Assembly: GCF_009914755.1 (NCBI RefSeq)
Contig: NC_060934.1
Strand: one strand, 5' to 3'
From: the human T2T-CHM13v2.0 reference genome, Homo sapiens
Length of the DNA: 64,000 nt
Shown: piece by piece, positions 13,238 through 24,379 of the stretch
Numbering within the stretch: position 1 is the first letter of the stretch
How the letters are laid out: each line of letters starts with the position of its first letter
The notes under the pieces: generated by a model
Told to the model about the DNA's origin: nothing
The model's database searches: none
What the model saw: only the letters and a program-made list of their open reading frames with translations
Program-made: the position numbers and the translations under genes

Positions 13238-14792
13238 CTCAGTTAATCCTCCTCCCAAGCATCCTGAGAGGAAAGTGGCTGAACTCAGCCCTATTTTGGA
13301 GCTGAAGAAACTGAGGCTTGGAATAGAAGTGCTCAAGATCATGCCCAAGTCTCTCTCCACTCCCTGGGACTCCTCTGAAAAGTACCATGAAGTCTCAGTG
13401 CAGAAGTGGGAATTCCTTTCCTTTCTCTTCTCCTAGTCTGGCTCTTCCCCTGTGTGTTGGAGTTTCCCATAATGCACCAGTATGTGAGCTGATTGGAGTT
13501 ACTGCACTAAGCAACCTTTTAATATTTTGAAAGCTCTGTATCAGTTTTAATAAATTCTGGTGCATGAAACTGGTTTTCCATTTACAATAATAATATATGC
13601 TCTTTCAAAATAAATGCATTAAATTTATAACAAAAAGCAAATCAATTTACAGTAACATTTTTAGTAAGGAATAGAAGGGTAGGTGTGCAGATATGACCAA
13701 ACAGGTGAGACCACTGCTTCCTGCCACCCCCAGCCTCATTCTTAGCCCACAGCCAACTGAGAACTGCATTTGCATATACAGGAGCTGGTCTCACAGAGAG
13801 GACTCCAGAAGACCAAAATGTTTTCAGGAGCCAAAGGAATGAATCCCTAATGTAAAAATTTCAGGTGAACAGTGAGGGAGATGCCTCAAGTCTGAAAGGC
13901 AATCCACCCTCTAAATCAAATATCCAAGGATAAAGTGGTGGCAGGTTAGGGTCCCCTCAGCCACCATGGCAGCCCCGTTAATCTCTCTGCATATCGGTGT
14001 GTTCATCTGTAAAATGGGTGATGACATCTATCTGGTTAGGCTGAAGTTAAGGTTACTTCCCCCAGGACTGACCAATCTTGCTTCACCAAAAGGTACAATG
14101 TTCCTCTCTCTCTTCTTCTTCTCAGCAGGCTTAGCCACACAAGACAAATTAATTGACCCTTGGGTGAATTAATGGCCTGTGGGTGCAAAAAGCCAAGAAG
14201 AATTATCTCTGTGAGACACGCCAGGCTCTGCAAACACTCCGTATGCCCATAGGGGAGTGACTGCGTGGGCCTCAGCTTGTTCATCTTGGGGATGAAAGGG
14301 GATGAACTACATCAAGTCTGTCAAATAGGTAAGAGCTTCATGGAGTGCTGTGTGTAGAATTCTGAGGCCACACCCAGTCTCTGTGAGAACGAGGGGAGCA
14401 GCGAGTGACTGCTAGCATTTATAGATGATGGCATGATTGTTAACACAGAAACAGCCCCAACAGTTAGAAGCCCCTGGACCACTGAGTTCGTGGGTCCATA
14501 ATCCCTAATTCTAGTTGTTTCTAGTTGCCCAAAAGGTAGCTCTGAGAGAAAGCCTGCCTACCTGTCTTTATTCCTTCCTTTCTCTCCTTTTCCCAGCCCT
14601 GTCTCCATGGTGATAATGTGATTCCCCATCTCTTAGGAAGGCTGCTAGACTCATGCAAGTCATTTGTAGGAGCTGTGCAATTTGTCATCCATTCTGAACA
14701 TTTTTGAGAATGAAAGGGAGCACGTTCAATAATTTTCCTGGGACCACAGTTGTAACCTGGGACTCTCCTGGGGAATTGATGTTACTTAAGAT

Positions 14793-14945
14793 GGTGGTTT
14801 GCAAACTTTACCACGCATAAGGATTGCTGAAGGCAGGGGAGTTTTCTAGGCAGTATCCTCAGTAGGGTTAGGGCCTGAGGATTGGCATTCTAACAAGTTC
14901 CCAGGTGCTGTTGCTTCAGGTCCACAGACCACACTTTGAGGAGCC
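14793..14945 (+). mobile_element. MER5A-like MITE
   Basis: GGTGGTTTGCAAACTTTA...CATTCTAACAAGTTCCCAGGTG...GACCACACTTTGAG. Confidence 0.75.
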
Positions 14946-16582
14946 TAGGTTCACAGAACTCATTCACAGCATGTTCTTATTGAACCTTACAGAGAGCCCA
15001 AAAGCCATGAAAAGTTATCAATACTGTCATGCTAAGCTGGAGAACCGAGACTCAGAGAAGTTAAGTGACTAGCTCAAGGACACCCAGCTACAAGGGGAGA
15101 AGCCCTTGTTTAAATCCAGAGTTGCCAACTTGCAGCCTCTGCTTGGCTCACCAGGCCCAGCAGCCTCTCAGCTTAGGAGCATTTTAAGAGCTGAGCTGAT
15201 CCCCCTGGCTCTGCAGCAATGCCTCGTTCTCTGCAAATGTTTCTGGCCTGGATTAAACCCAGCTCTTTTTGCTTCATAAAAACTACTTCAAGTCAGCCAA
15301 GAGGACTGTAATTTGGTATAAGAAATTACTTTGGCAATGCTTTAGTCTATATTTATACTTAATTAATATTTTAATGTTTTAATATTTTGATGTATGCATA
15401 ATTTTAATGTTAAAATAATCAGATGTATATCATAGAACACTGGTGCTAGGTATTTTCTGTTTTACATCATTGAAATGGAGCTCCATTGGCCTGGTGCTCA
15501 ACTTCCATACACTAAATCCTCAAGTGTATTTTTTCAGGAATGCAGTAGGAGGCTGCCTGTATCATTTAACCTCTCTATGCCTCATCTATAAAATGGGGCA
15601 GGGAATAGTGCTTCCATAATAGGAGAGGTGTGGAGATTAAATGAATTAATTCACATTAGCTTAATTAGAGGAGAGCCTGGAAAATATTGAGTGCCCACAA
15701 AGAAAGCTCTTCCTTTTTAAATTCTCTGCTGGACTCCCTTTTATTCTTTTGTCACTTTTATAACTTCCCACCCGTGAACTCTTTCCACACATAGGCTGAA
15801 TTTTCTTCCCCACTATATTCCTTCAAATCTTGCACACAGTAGGTGACTAAGACTTACTTATGGAACGAACACAAAATTTAAAATATTTAGGAATCCCAGA
15901 AACTCATCTTTATACTGCGAAACCATAAAATCCAAAGCCTGAGTGATGGGCTATTTCATTGAGGTCCCACGGAGGTTGTTGGAACAGCCCAGATTGGCCG
16001 TGACCCAGCCTCAGCATCTCTCTTCCAGCTGCATGGAATGAAGTCTGGGCTCCACAGCACTCACTGTTCCAGACATGAGACCTTATAGGATTTCCACTGT
16101 GAGTTCCACTCTGGGCTTGGAAAGCCTGGAATCAACAGATCCAATGGGGAATGAAAGTGAATTTGGTGGGTCTCATTCAGCCTTGCTGGCTGCTGATGGA
16201 TTTGGGAGGGATGAACAGTTTCCTCTGGATGCCTGGCTATGAAAGGAAAAAGAAAAGCAAGAATCTCATTAGGTGTGGGAGGTTTTGTGGTTTGGTCCAA
16301 AACCAGAATCAAAAGTGAGAACCAATCTCACACCCAATGGCCAAAGATTTAGGCTTTTTAAAATGAAAATTCTCATTTGTCAGTTGCTTAATAAGCAGAG
16401 AAATTTCATGGTGCTCAGAGGCGGTGACAGGAAGAGCTTTATTGAATCTCACCAGGTCTATGGGTTTTGGGGTCTCTAGCAGAAGTTTGAACATATCCCT
16501 AAAGAAAGAGCCAATTAAAGAAGGAGAAGGCATAAGCTGAGTACCTCTCAGATAATGAGAAAAAGCACCTGGCTCAGGAGAG

Positions 16583-17140
16583 TGTTTTAGTTAGTGCTTG
16601 CTATGAAACAAACCACCTGCAAACAAAGGGGCTTCAGCAACTACCATTTGTTTATGATTCAAGGGGTCAGCAAATTAGGCTGGGCTCAGCAGGTCAGTTC
16701 TTCTTTCCTAGGTAAGCTTCCTCATGCATCTATAGTCAGCTGCAGGTCAGGTAGGGTGGCTTTGCTTCTGGAGGTTAGCTGGCTATTAGCTGGACAGTGA
16801 GGACAATTGGGCCATTTATGTCACATCATCCAGCAGGCTAGGCTGCACTTGTTTAGGTGGTGGCAGCAAGATTCAGAGAGAGAGAGAGAGAAAGAGAGAG
16901 AGACAGAGACTATAAAGGCATGAAAAATGCCTCTTGAGACCTAGGCTCAGAATTGGTGCAATATTGCTTCTGCTACATTTCACTTGCTAAAGCAAGTCAC
17001 AAGGCCAACCTAGATTCAGAAATACATTCTGCAAAAAATATACTCCACCTCTTTAGGGAGGGAGCTGCATAGTCACATTGCAAAGAGGCATGGATATTGG
17101 GGAGAGTTGGAAAATTGGGGCTATTTTGCAAACTACTACA
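16583..17140 (-). mobile_element. MLT1-family solo LTR with internal (GA)n
   Basis: GGTCAGCAAATTAGGCTGGGCTCAGC...AAAGCAAGTCACAAGGCCAACCTAGATTCA...GTCACATTGCAAAGAGGCATGGATA. Confidence 0.8.
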
Positions 17141-17329
17141 GATAAGATGACTAATTAAAGGCTGTTGTTAGAGGAGTGACATAGATAAGGAAACTGTGCA
17201 CTGAGAATGATTATTGCTGAGGAGTTGGAAATTCCACTTAGCTTCCTGCTTGCCCTTTCGGAGAAGAGACAAGCCTGTGTATGTGTGAGTGGGTTGGGAG
17301 TGGGGTGTAGTTAGGGGATGGTGAATGGC

Positions 17330-17500
17330 ATGAGGTTTATATCCTGATCCACCACTGATTAGCTATGTGGCTTTGAGAAAGTCAGTGAATCCATCTTAGC
17401 CTTGATTTTTCCCATCTGTGAAATGGGATCTCAGTTTCTACCTCATAGGGTTGTTGTGAGGAAGAAAGAGGCAACAGGTCTGGCATATGGCAGGCGCTCG
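17330..17500 (+). mobile_element. MIR SINE
   Basis: TTTTCCCATCTGTGAAATGGGA...CTACCTCATAGGGTTGTTGTGAGGA. Confidence 0.8.
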
Positions 17501-18006
17501 AAAAATGAAAAACAGCCACAATAATGAGTAATATATGATATCAATCAAGTAGCAAAGAACAGCTTATATGATGAAAAGTGAGTAATAAAGAGTAATTAAA
17601 CTTATCCCCAGCAGATGAGCCTGGCATATCCTATCCTGGAAGGCAAAATGGCATTCTAGATTTATACCAGCAAAGCTGCCATCTCTGTGAGGCAATTACC
17701 AATTCAGGCCTCAGAACTGGCCGCTAGCCACTTAATACCTCCACGGTCTCAGATGTCACCCAGGGCTCTGTTGGGTCTGGTGACACACTCAGCCCTGGGT
17801 CGGACCCTGGCCCTGCACACAAGTCCAGGCGCAGTGAGGAGAGGTCTTACTGAGGAGGCAAGGCAGCCTCTTACCAGGCTCAGAAAAAAACCTCTGGTTT
17901 TGCTCTTTGACTCCATGTGTTGGTGTCTCTGGGTGGGAAAGATCAGGGGAATGACCAGAGAATTATGAAAAGCTCTAGCTTAGCCATCCTGAAAACAGAC
18001 TATATC

Positions 18007-18391
18007 TGCATGGTCCAATCTGGTGGCTACTGGCCACATGTGGCTACTGGGCACATGAAATGCAGCTAGCTAGTGCAACCAATAACCGAATCTTTATTTT
18101 TTATTTTACTTTAAGTTCTGGGATGCATGTGCTGAATGTGCAGGTTTGTTACATAGGTATATATGTGCCATGGTGGTTTGCTGCACCTATCAACTCATCA
18201 TCTAGGTTTTAAGCCCCGCATGCATTAGGTATTTGTCTTAATGCTCTCCCTCCCCTTGCTCCCCAACCCCCCGACAGGCCCCGGTGTGTGATGTTCCCCT
18301 TCGTATGTCCATGTGTTCTCATTAAGAACCGAATCTTTGAGTTATTTATACAAGCACATGTGGCTAGTGGTTAGCATATTGGACAGCACAG
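18007..18391. mobile_element. MER3 (hAT-Charlie) MITE interrupted by L1PA
   Basis: GTCCAATCTGGTGGCTACTGGCCACATGTGGCTA...CACATGTGGCTAGTGGTTAGCATATTGGACAGCACAG. Confidence 0.85.
18096..18323 (-). mobile_element. Short L1PA (L1PA8/10-like) 3'UTR insertion with 15-bp TSD
   Basis: Antisense L1 3'UTR; AATAACCGAATCTTT (18081-18095) / AAGAACCGAATCTTT (18324-18338). Confidence 0.93.
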
Positions 18392-18949
18392 TTCCAGACA
18401 GCTGAGCCTCTGAAGAAAAGGGGCCCTGGAAGGTTCTGAGTGATGTGGCCATCACCCCTTAGTGGTTTGGAGATCCTGTCTCAAGGGTGCATGAGAACCA
18501 GACAAGGGTTTGGATATGGGTCAGCTAAGCAGCAGGGCCTTGGTAGTCTTCAAGGTTATTGCCTGGACTCTCCCTTCCTATGTCTAACAGTGCCGAATCA
18601 AGAGGAAAGCTCATAATTCTGAAGAAATCGAAAATCCAGTATAGACCTAGCTTCTCTGCCACCTTGCCCTTTTCTGAGTGGCACAGCCACTTGTAGCTCC
18701 CAGAAAGGCCAAGGCTTTGCATGCTACCTCACTCTTTATTGTGCAAAAAACCGACCCATCTGTCCTGTCAGGGAGAAAGGAGAGGACCCTTATGAGAAGG
18801 AAAGGAGTCCTTCCCATTTGGATGGTTGCTTTTGAATAAAAGGGGCCACAGGATCCAATGTGGATTTTGAAGACGTTAAGATAGCTCATGAACCTCTGTG
18901 TGTGTGTGTGTATGTATAGGCACAGGTGTGCATATTCACACGCACACAC

Positions 18950-20240
18950 AGTTCACTCATGAAAGAATTGACTTTTGGAACGTCAGAACAAGATGCCTTG
19001 GTCTGGAAAAACTGGAGGCTTTGCTCCTGTTTTAATTGGGTTCGAAAAGATGACAAACTAAATCTGCCTCCGGCTTTGCTTTTGAAACTCACATTGAAAT
19101 TTATTTCAAAACCTTCCCAACTGCAGCAGAATGCTGCTTATGGAAGCGATGGTGGATTTTGCTCTGAGATTTTTTTCTCCAATTGCTTTTCAACTCTAGC
19201 AGCAATAAGTGGCCCAAACCAGTCACAGCCTTTGTGTGTAAGCTGATGACAAAAGCCACTCTCTATCCACCTCGCCAGGCTCTCAATCCCCCAATATTTC
19301 TTAAAGTTGAGACTTCATTGCAGGCAAACATCTTAACGTCCTTTAAAGGATAGACTCTTTCTGGATCCTTCAATTAATTGACTGTGGTGGATACCAGCAG
19401 CTCCTGAATGGGCTTTTTGCGGTGGCGTGGGTGAGATTAGTTTTCTGCTATTGCCATAATTTACAAGGCTCACGTAACCATGTAACGACTTGGTGATTAC
19501 ATGAGAAATATCGTATAAATACATAGTAATTACAAGTTCATGCAGATTACTTGGTATATACATTTGAAGTTACCGAGTAGTTCAAAGATTAATTATCCTG
19601 TAACTGGCAGTATTTAAATCATCTTTTCTCATATACGAATACATTGAGGCCGACTTCAAGGCTGGCAAGGACGCGGATGCGATGAGTATGATCTGAAAAG
19701 AAAAAATGAAATTTGACAGGCATGGATTATTTAAAGCATGCATATGTGAGCCGAGCAGCCACTACACTTTGATGCAAATCGTAGGGGAGAGAGCCGGGGG
19801 ATGGTCTGTAGAGAAAGGTGCTGAACAAAGTAAAGATTTCCTGCTGGCGACTTGAAATTTAAACAAATAATTATTTAAATGGCGGCCCGGCATTACGTTC
19901 CAAGTTGTGTGCATTCATGTCAACATCTGGTACCAACATTTTGACAATTCTATTAAAATGCCCCAGCATTCCCTATCTAACACCTGTTAGCTCTAATTTT
20001 CTTTCCTGAGAAGCACACCAGTAGACAGGGTAGATTCCAAATCATTTATCACTTTTAAAGTGCTTCCATATGCGCGTTGGACCCAGCCTGGCCCTAGGCG
20101 AACGTTTTCTGAATGCATTAAAATTCAGGACTATTTTTTTAAAGTGTAGACACCAATGTTTCATTGAATTCATGTCTGGTAATTATTAGCTTAAATTATG
20201 GCTCACACATGACTTGACAAAGTGGACCATGAATTAAAAC
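18950..20240. promoter_or_regulatory. Candidate enhancer / conserved non-coding block
   Basis: No recognisable TE; retained CpGs; TCF site overlapping an octamer (19767-19779), YY1 site (19877-19886), many TAAT cores. Function inferred only. Confidence 0.55.
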
Positions 20241-20944
20241 ACACATACACACACACACTTGCACACACCACACATACACACACCCCCCAGAACTCCTCAA
20301 TAGATGCACCCAACTCATACATTGCTCGTTATTGAGATGTCAGTCAGTAATCATTAGGCAAACACTCTTCATGGAGAGAACTGCTAAGAGGCCCAGGCGT
20401 CCCAGGAGAGGATCTAAAAATGTCAAAAATGTTACAGTATAAATGAACGACACCAACAAGAGAACATGTGTTAGAGATGCAGGCAATTAGTTAAGATATT
20501 ACAAGTTTCAACCTCTGAGCAAAACAGGCAACAAAAATTTCCTCTTGACAAAAGGCTACACATAAGATCAAGTCGATTCCCAGACAACATAATCTCCCTG
20601 AATTGGAGCAGCACTCCAGCAGGCTGGGAGGAAGGGATGAACCTGGGGGGATTCAGGGGTTTGTAAGGTGTGGGCCCCCAGGGTAGGTCCTGCCTTGCCT
20701 GAAAATGACTGATTTGACTGCCAGGCTCCTGAAGGGGAGAAGTGAAGTCTGAAGTGAAGGAAGTCGTCCTGCGACCCATGGATCCGGCTCATGAAGCTAA
20801 CAGACTACTCCCGGCTGGAGCTTCGGAATAAAATTTAGAAGGTAGAATGAAATCATATTGCTGTTTTCAAAGGAAAGGAGGTAGCTGCAAAAGGCAGTGG
20901 GGAGTGTGTATATATGAGATGGATAAATACTTGCTCATTGCTTT

Positions 20945-21130
20945 TCAGAGATTTTTAAAATTAGATATTGTAGATTGTACAGTTTCTCTCTGTATATATA
21001 CACACACATAATACATACATATACGTACATGCACATATACACACAAATATATATGGAGATGTTTTAAGCAAAAAGGCAAAAAGACCCACAACACCCTCCA
21101 TATATACACATACAGGAAATATATTTTAAG
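20945..21130. repeat. (TA/CA)-rich low-complexity repeat
   Basis: TATATATACACACACATAATACATACAT... Confidence 0.75.
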
Positions 21131-21299
21131 CAAAATACATGATTTGCACTTTGGATAAGGATTTGAACGGGTCTCTTAGAAATACGAGGAAATACTGAGA
21201 ATACAAGAAAGAAGGGATGAAAACCTGAGTGCACCAACTCTAAAAGTAAAAAAAAAAAAAAAATTGTAGACAGTTAAAATGTCTGTCTCTGTACACACG

Positions 21300-23230
21300 C
21301 ACACCTACACGTTCACACTTCCTCTGTTTACTAAATAACATTTCAGCACAGTTTTCATCTTATAAGGAAAGTGTTTGAAACTTGGAATAAGTGCACTTAA
21401 TTAAAGGAAGGCTGTGAAAATGTGCACTAATCTGATATGACTAATAGCAAAGTGCATGAAATTGCTAATTAGAATTTCATTAAAGGTGCTGCTTTATCAG
21501 ACTGTGAATATCACAACCTTTAAAATTCTTTCAGGAGAGCTTAATTCCTTTTCAAACAGAAATATTCTTTAAAGACATTTGATTTGTTCTGAAGGAATTC
21601 ATGGCTTAGGTTGGAACTTAAAATGTTGCCGATATTCCAGGAGGTGACATCAGAACAGGAATATAGATCGGGGACTTTGTTTCATTTGCTGATGAATCCC
21701 CCTCCCCCACCTCTATGGATTATTGTTCAAAAACCAATCATGAAAAATGCAGTTGAGTCTTTGTTTTGCTCCATACATAATTTGTTTTCTGCTGAAGCCA
21801 AGCATTTATTCTCACCTAGCAGAATAAAGGAAAAATTATTTAAAAAAATTTAAAAGTACTATGAATAAAATTAAACATTTAAATTTTCACATACATTAAA
21901 AAAAAGGACAGCAGACAACACAATATTTTTTCCTTTAAAAAACCATTTTTTTAAAGCCAGTACCCTTTTCTCTTTCTTAAAAAAATAAAACTCTTAAAAA
22001 AGGAGTCACCTTTCAATCATAAAATTGTACTTTTCAGAATTGGGTGAGTCCAATGGTAACAACAGTAAATGCATTTTACTCCTTCCCTGACCTGTTTTCC
22101 TGGGTTATCAGGTTTTCTTATTTTACATTTTAATTATTCCCTGAACTAAATCTGCATTTCAGCTTGCTTTTTGTCAATCAGATTTTTAAAATTCTACCTT
22201 TTTATTCCTTCATCTTTTCTACTTTCAACCTTCTTTTCTGCCACTTCTCTTTATTTTCATTTGCAAAAGTTGCTGTAACAGGTTGTTACCCTCTCTGCAC
22301 ACAGCTTCCAATGTTACCAACCGGATTTTTGTATTTGCTGTTTTTCCTGACTGTTGAAGGGTTCTTACAGTTAGTAACTGGGTTCTTTTTAATACTCAAG
22401 CTTAATTGAACAGTTACATTTTGTTACTAAAAAGCCATGAATGCTAATGGAAACTACAGCTCACTCAAAGCATCAGTTTACTTTTACAGAAGTTGTTAAA
22501 AAACCAGCTCTGCTCCAAATTTGCTGAACACACCAGTTAACAGTGATGTAATTTTGGAGAACTGAATATTCTAAATACATTTTAAAACCTTGGTTTAAAA
22601 GCTAATCAGTCATATTTACACCACCGTATCTGAAAGGAGAGAAAATGAGAACAGAAGTAACTTTATTTGAGAAACAGTGTGATTTCTTTGGACATTTAAA
22701 CAAGTCTCAAGTGGGTTAATTACAGTGTGTTCTGATTTTAACTCCAGCAACAGGAATTTTCATGGCATTTAGATAAGTTATCAACTGGGCTAGGTAACAG
22801 ATAAAAGATTGCATTTTCTTTTCCAACATTTGGGAGGTACACTTGTACAATAAGTGCAACAATTTGAAAAATCGGTCTAGACTTCAACGAATGAAAATTA
22901 TGCTTGTTAACTGTAGTGTCTGGAGTCCGAGCTGGGGTGTCAGTCTTGCCTATCCCTGGGCCACCGTCAAACAAAGCTGCTAATTCTAAAGCTTTAAGTT
23001 TCAAATTGAGAAATATTGTTCTAATATGGCAACAATGGGGCTGTTGTCCTTTCAAGAGCTCTGCGATTACAGGCTCGTTTTATGCAAAACAAATGGCAGG
23101 TAATTGTGATTTAATTCTTTTCAAGTAAATTACAGTGAGTGCGTGACACAAAGCTGCTGCGGACCCTCCTTTCTCTGTCAATAGTTGAATTAATGATGGC
23201 AGGAGTAAAAACAGCAATTGTGCACAGCGA
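21300..23230. promoter_or_regulatory. AT-rich, TE-free candidate regulatory block flanking the CpG island
   Basis: Homeodomain palindromes and a GTAAC/CAGTTA cluster; no Alu/MIR/L1 recognised. Confidence 0.45.
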
Positions 23231-23269
23231 CTCTCCCCGGGTCCCCCACCCCAGCCAAGAGGGAACCTG

Positions 23270-23940
23270 CCAATCAGGCTGCGCCACCACCAGGCTAGGA
23301 AGCCTAGGGTCGCCGATGTTCCAGGATGGAATGTTCTGGTGTCACCGTGCGGGGGGGTGGGGGGTGTCACAGAGCTGGGAACTCGCTCAGAGCCAGGGTC
23401 TCTGCTGGGGTCAGCGTCTGTACGCTAAAGCCAGGGCGCAAAGTGCGTGGGCACTGCGGACTCTAGAGGCTTATGGCGCTGGAAATACAAGGCCGAGTTG
23501 CCGGCGCAAAGAGTTCCCCGGGCGGGTTGGTGATGCGGCGCGCTTTGATAACAGGTTAATCCGGCCAACATTCGCTCCGCGAGAGAGCCATCGGAGGGCT
23601 CCGGGAGACTGCGGCGCCACGGAGGGAGAGGCGGCGAGAGGCCCCTCTGCGAGCACCCTCTGGGCGCAGTGCGGTGGGCTATGCTCTGCGCAGCCCCGGG
23701 CGCGCCTGGGTTCTCAGAGCCCAAGACCTGAGCCGCTCCGAGCGCAGGGCGCCAGTTCTCTTTCAGAAGCGGGAGAAGTTCAGGTGGGACAGGAGACACG
23801 GGGGTGAGGAGATCTTTGAGAGGGCCGGCCGGGAAAGTGGGGGTCGCCTGTGGCTGAGAGGGCCGCATGCCGAAGGTCCCGACCCCAGGCTCACGACAGG
23901 CAGCCTGGCACGCAGGAAGGGGCTTTGGGATAGAACGTAG
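23270..23940. promoter_or_regulatory. CpG island (orphan promoter or enhancer)
   Basis: About 50 CpG in ~660 bp by manual count, GC-rich; GCCAATCA CCAAT box at 23269-23276. Confidence 0.85.
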
Positions 23941-24094
23941 CACCTGGCTGAGTGCTTAACAACGATTGAACTGACCTCTGAAGGACTGTGGGCCCTGACC
24001 ACTTCCCCTTGTACTTGGAACAAAATCCAAACTCCTTCCTGAGGCCCATGGGAAATATGTTCTCGGGCTTTTGCCGGGGCGTCTGCTCTAAAGT

Positions 24095-24305
24095 GCTCTG
24101 GATTTGAAATGCCAGGATGGAATCCTGCCTGCCCTGTCCTTAAATGGTGACTTGGAGCAGATTCCTTAACCTCTCTGGCCTCCCAGCTGTAAATGGAGTT
24201 AACGGAACCCCACCTTCAAGGGCCCTTATGAGACTTCATGAGCTACTAATAGAGTGCTTAGAATGCGGCCTGGCACAAAGTACAGTGCCCAGTAAATATT
24301 AGCAG
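24095..24305 (+). mobile_element. MIR SINE
   Basis: GTGACTTGGAGCAGATTCCTTAACCTCTCTGGCCTC...AGTGCTTAGAATGCGGCCTGGCACA. Confidence 0.8.
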
Positions 24306-24379
24306 GGGTCACTCCACCTTAGCCATGTCCATCTTCTTCATTTTCCTGGACCTCCCTAACCGTGACCCTGCCACAGGAC

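Noticed and set aside
17291-17317. Four G-runs, possible G-quadruplex
   Set aside because: Last loop is 8 nt and the context is unremarkable
23139-23807. Longest ORF (222 aa) and overlapping antisense ORFs
   Set aside because: GTG start, Ala/Gly/Arg-rich with no recognisable domain; expected from stop-codon scarcity in a CpG island
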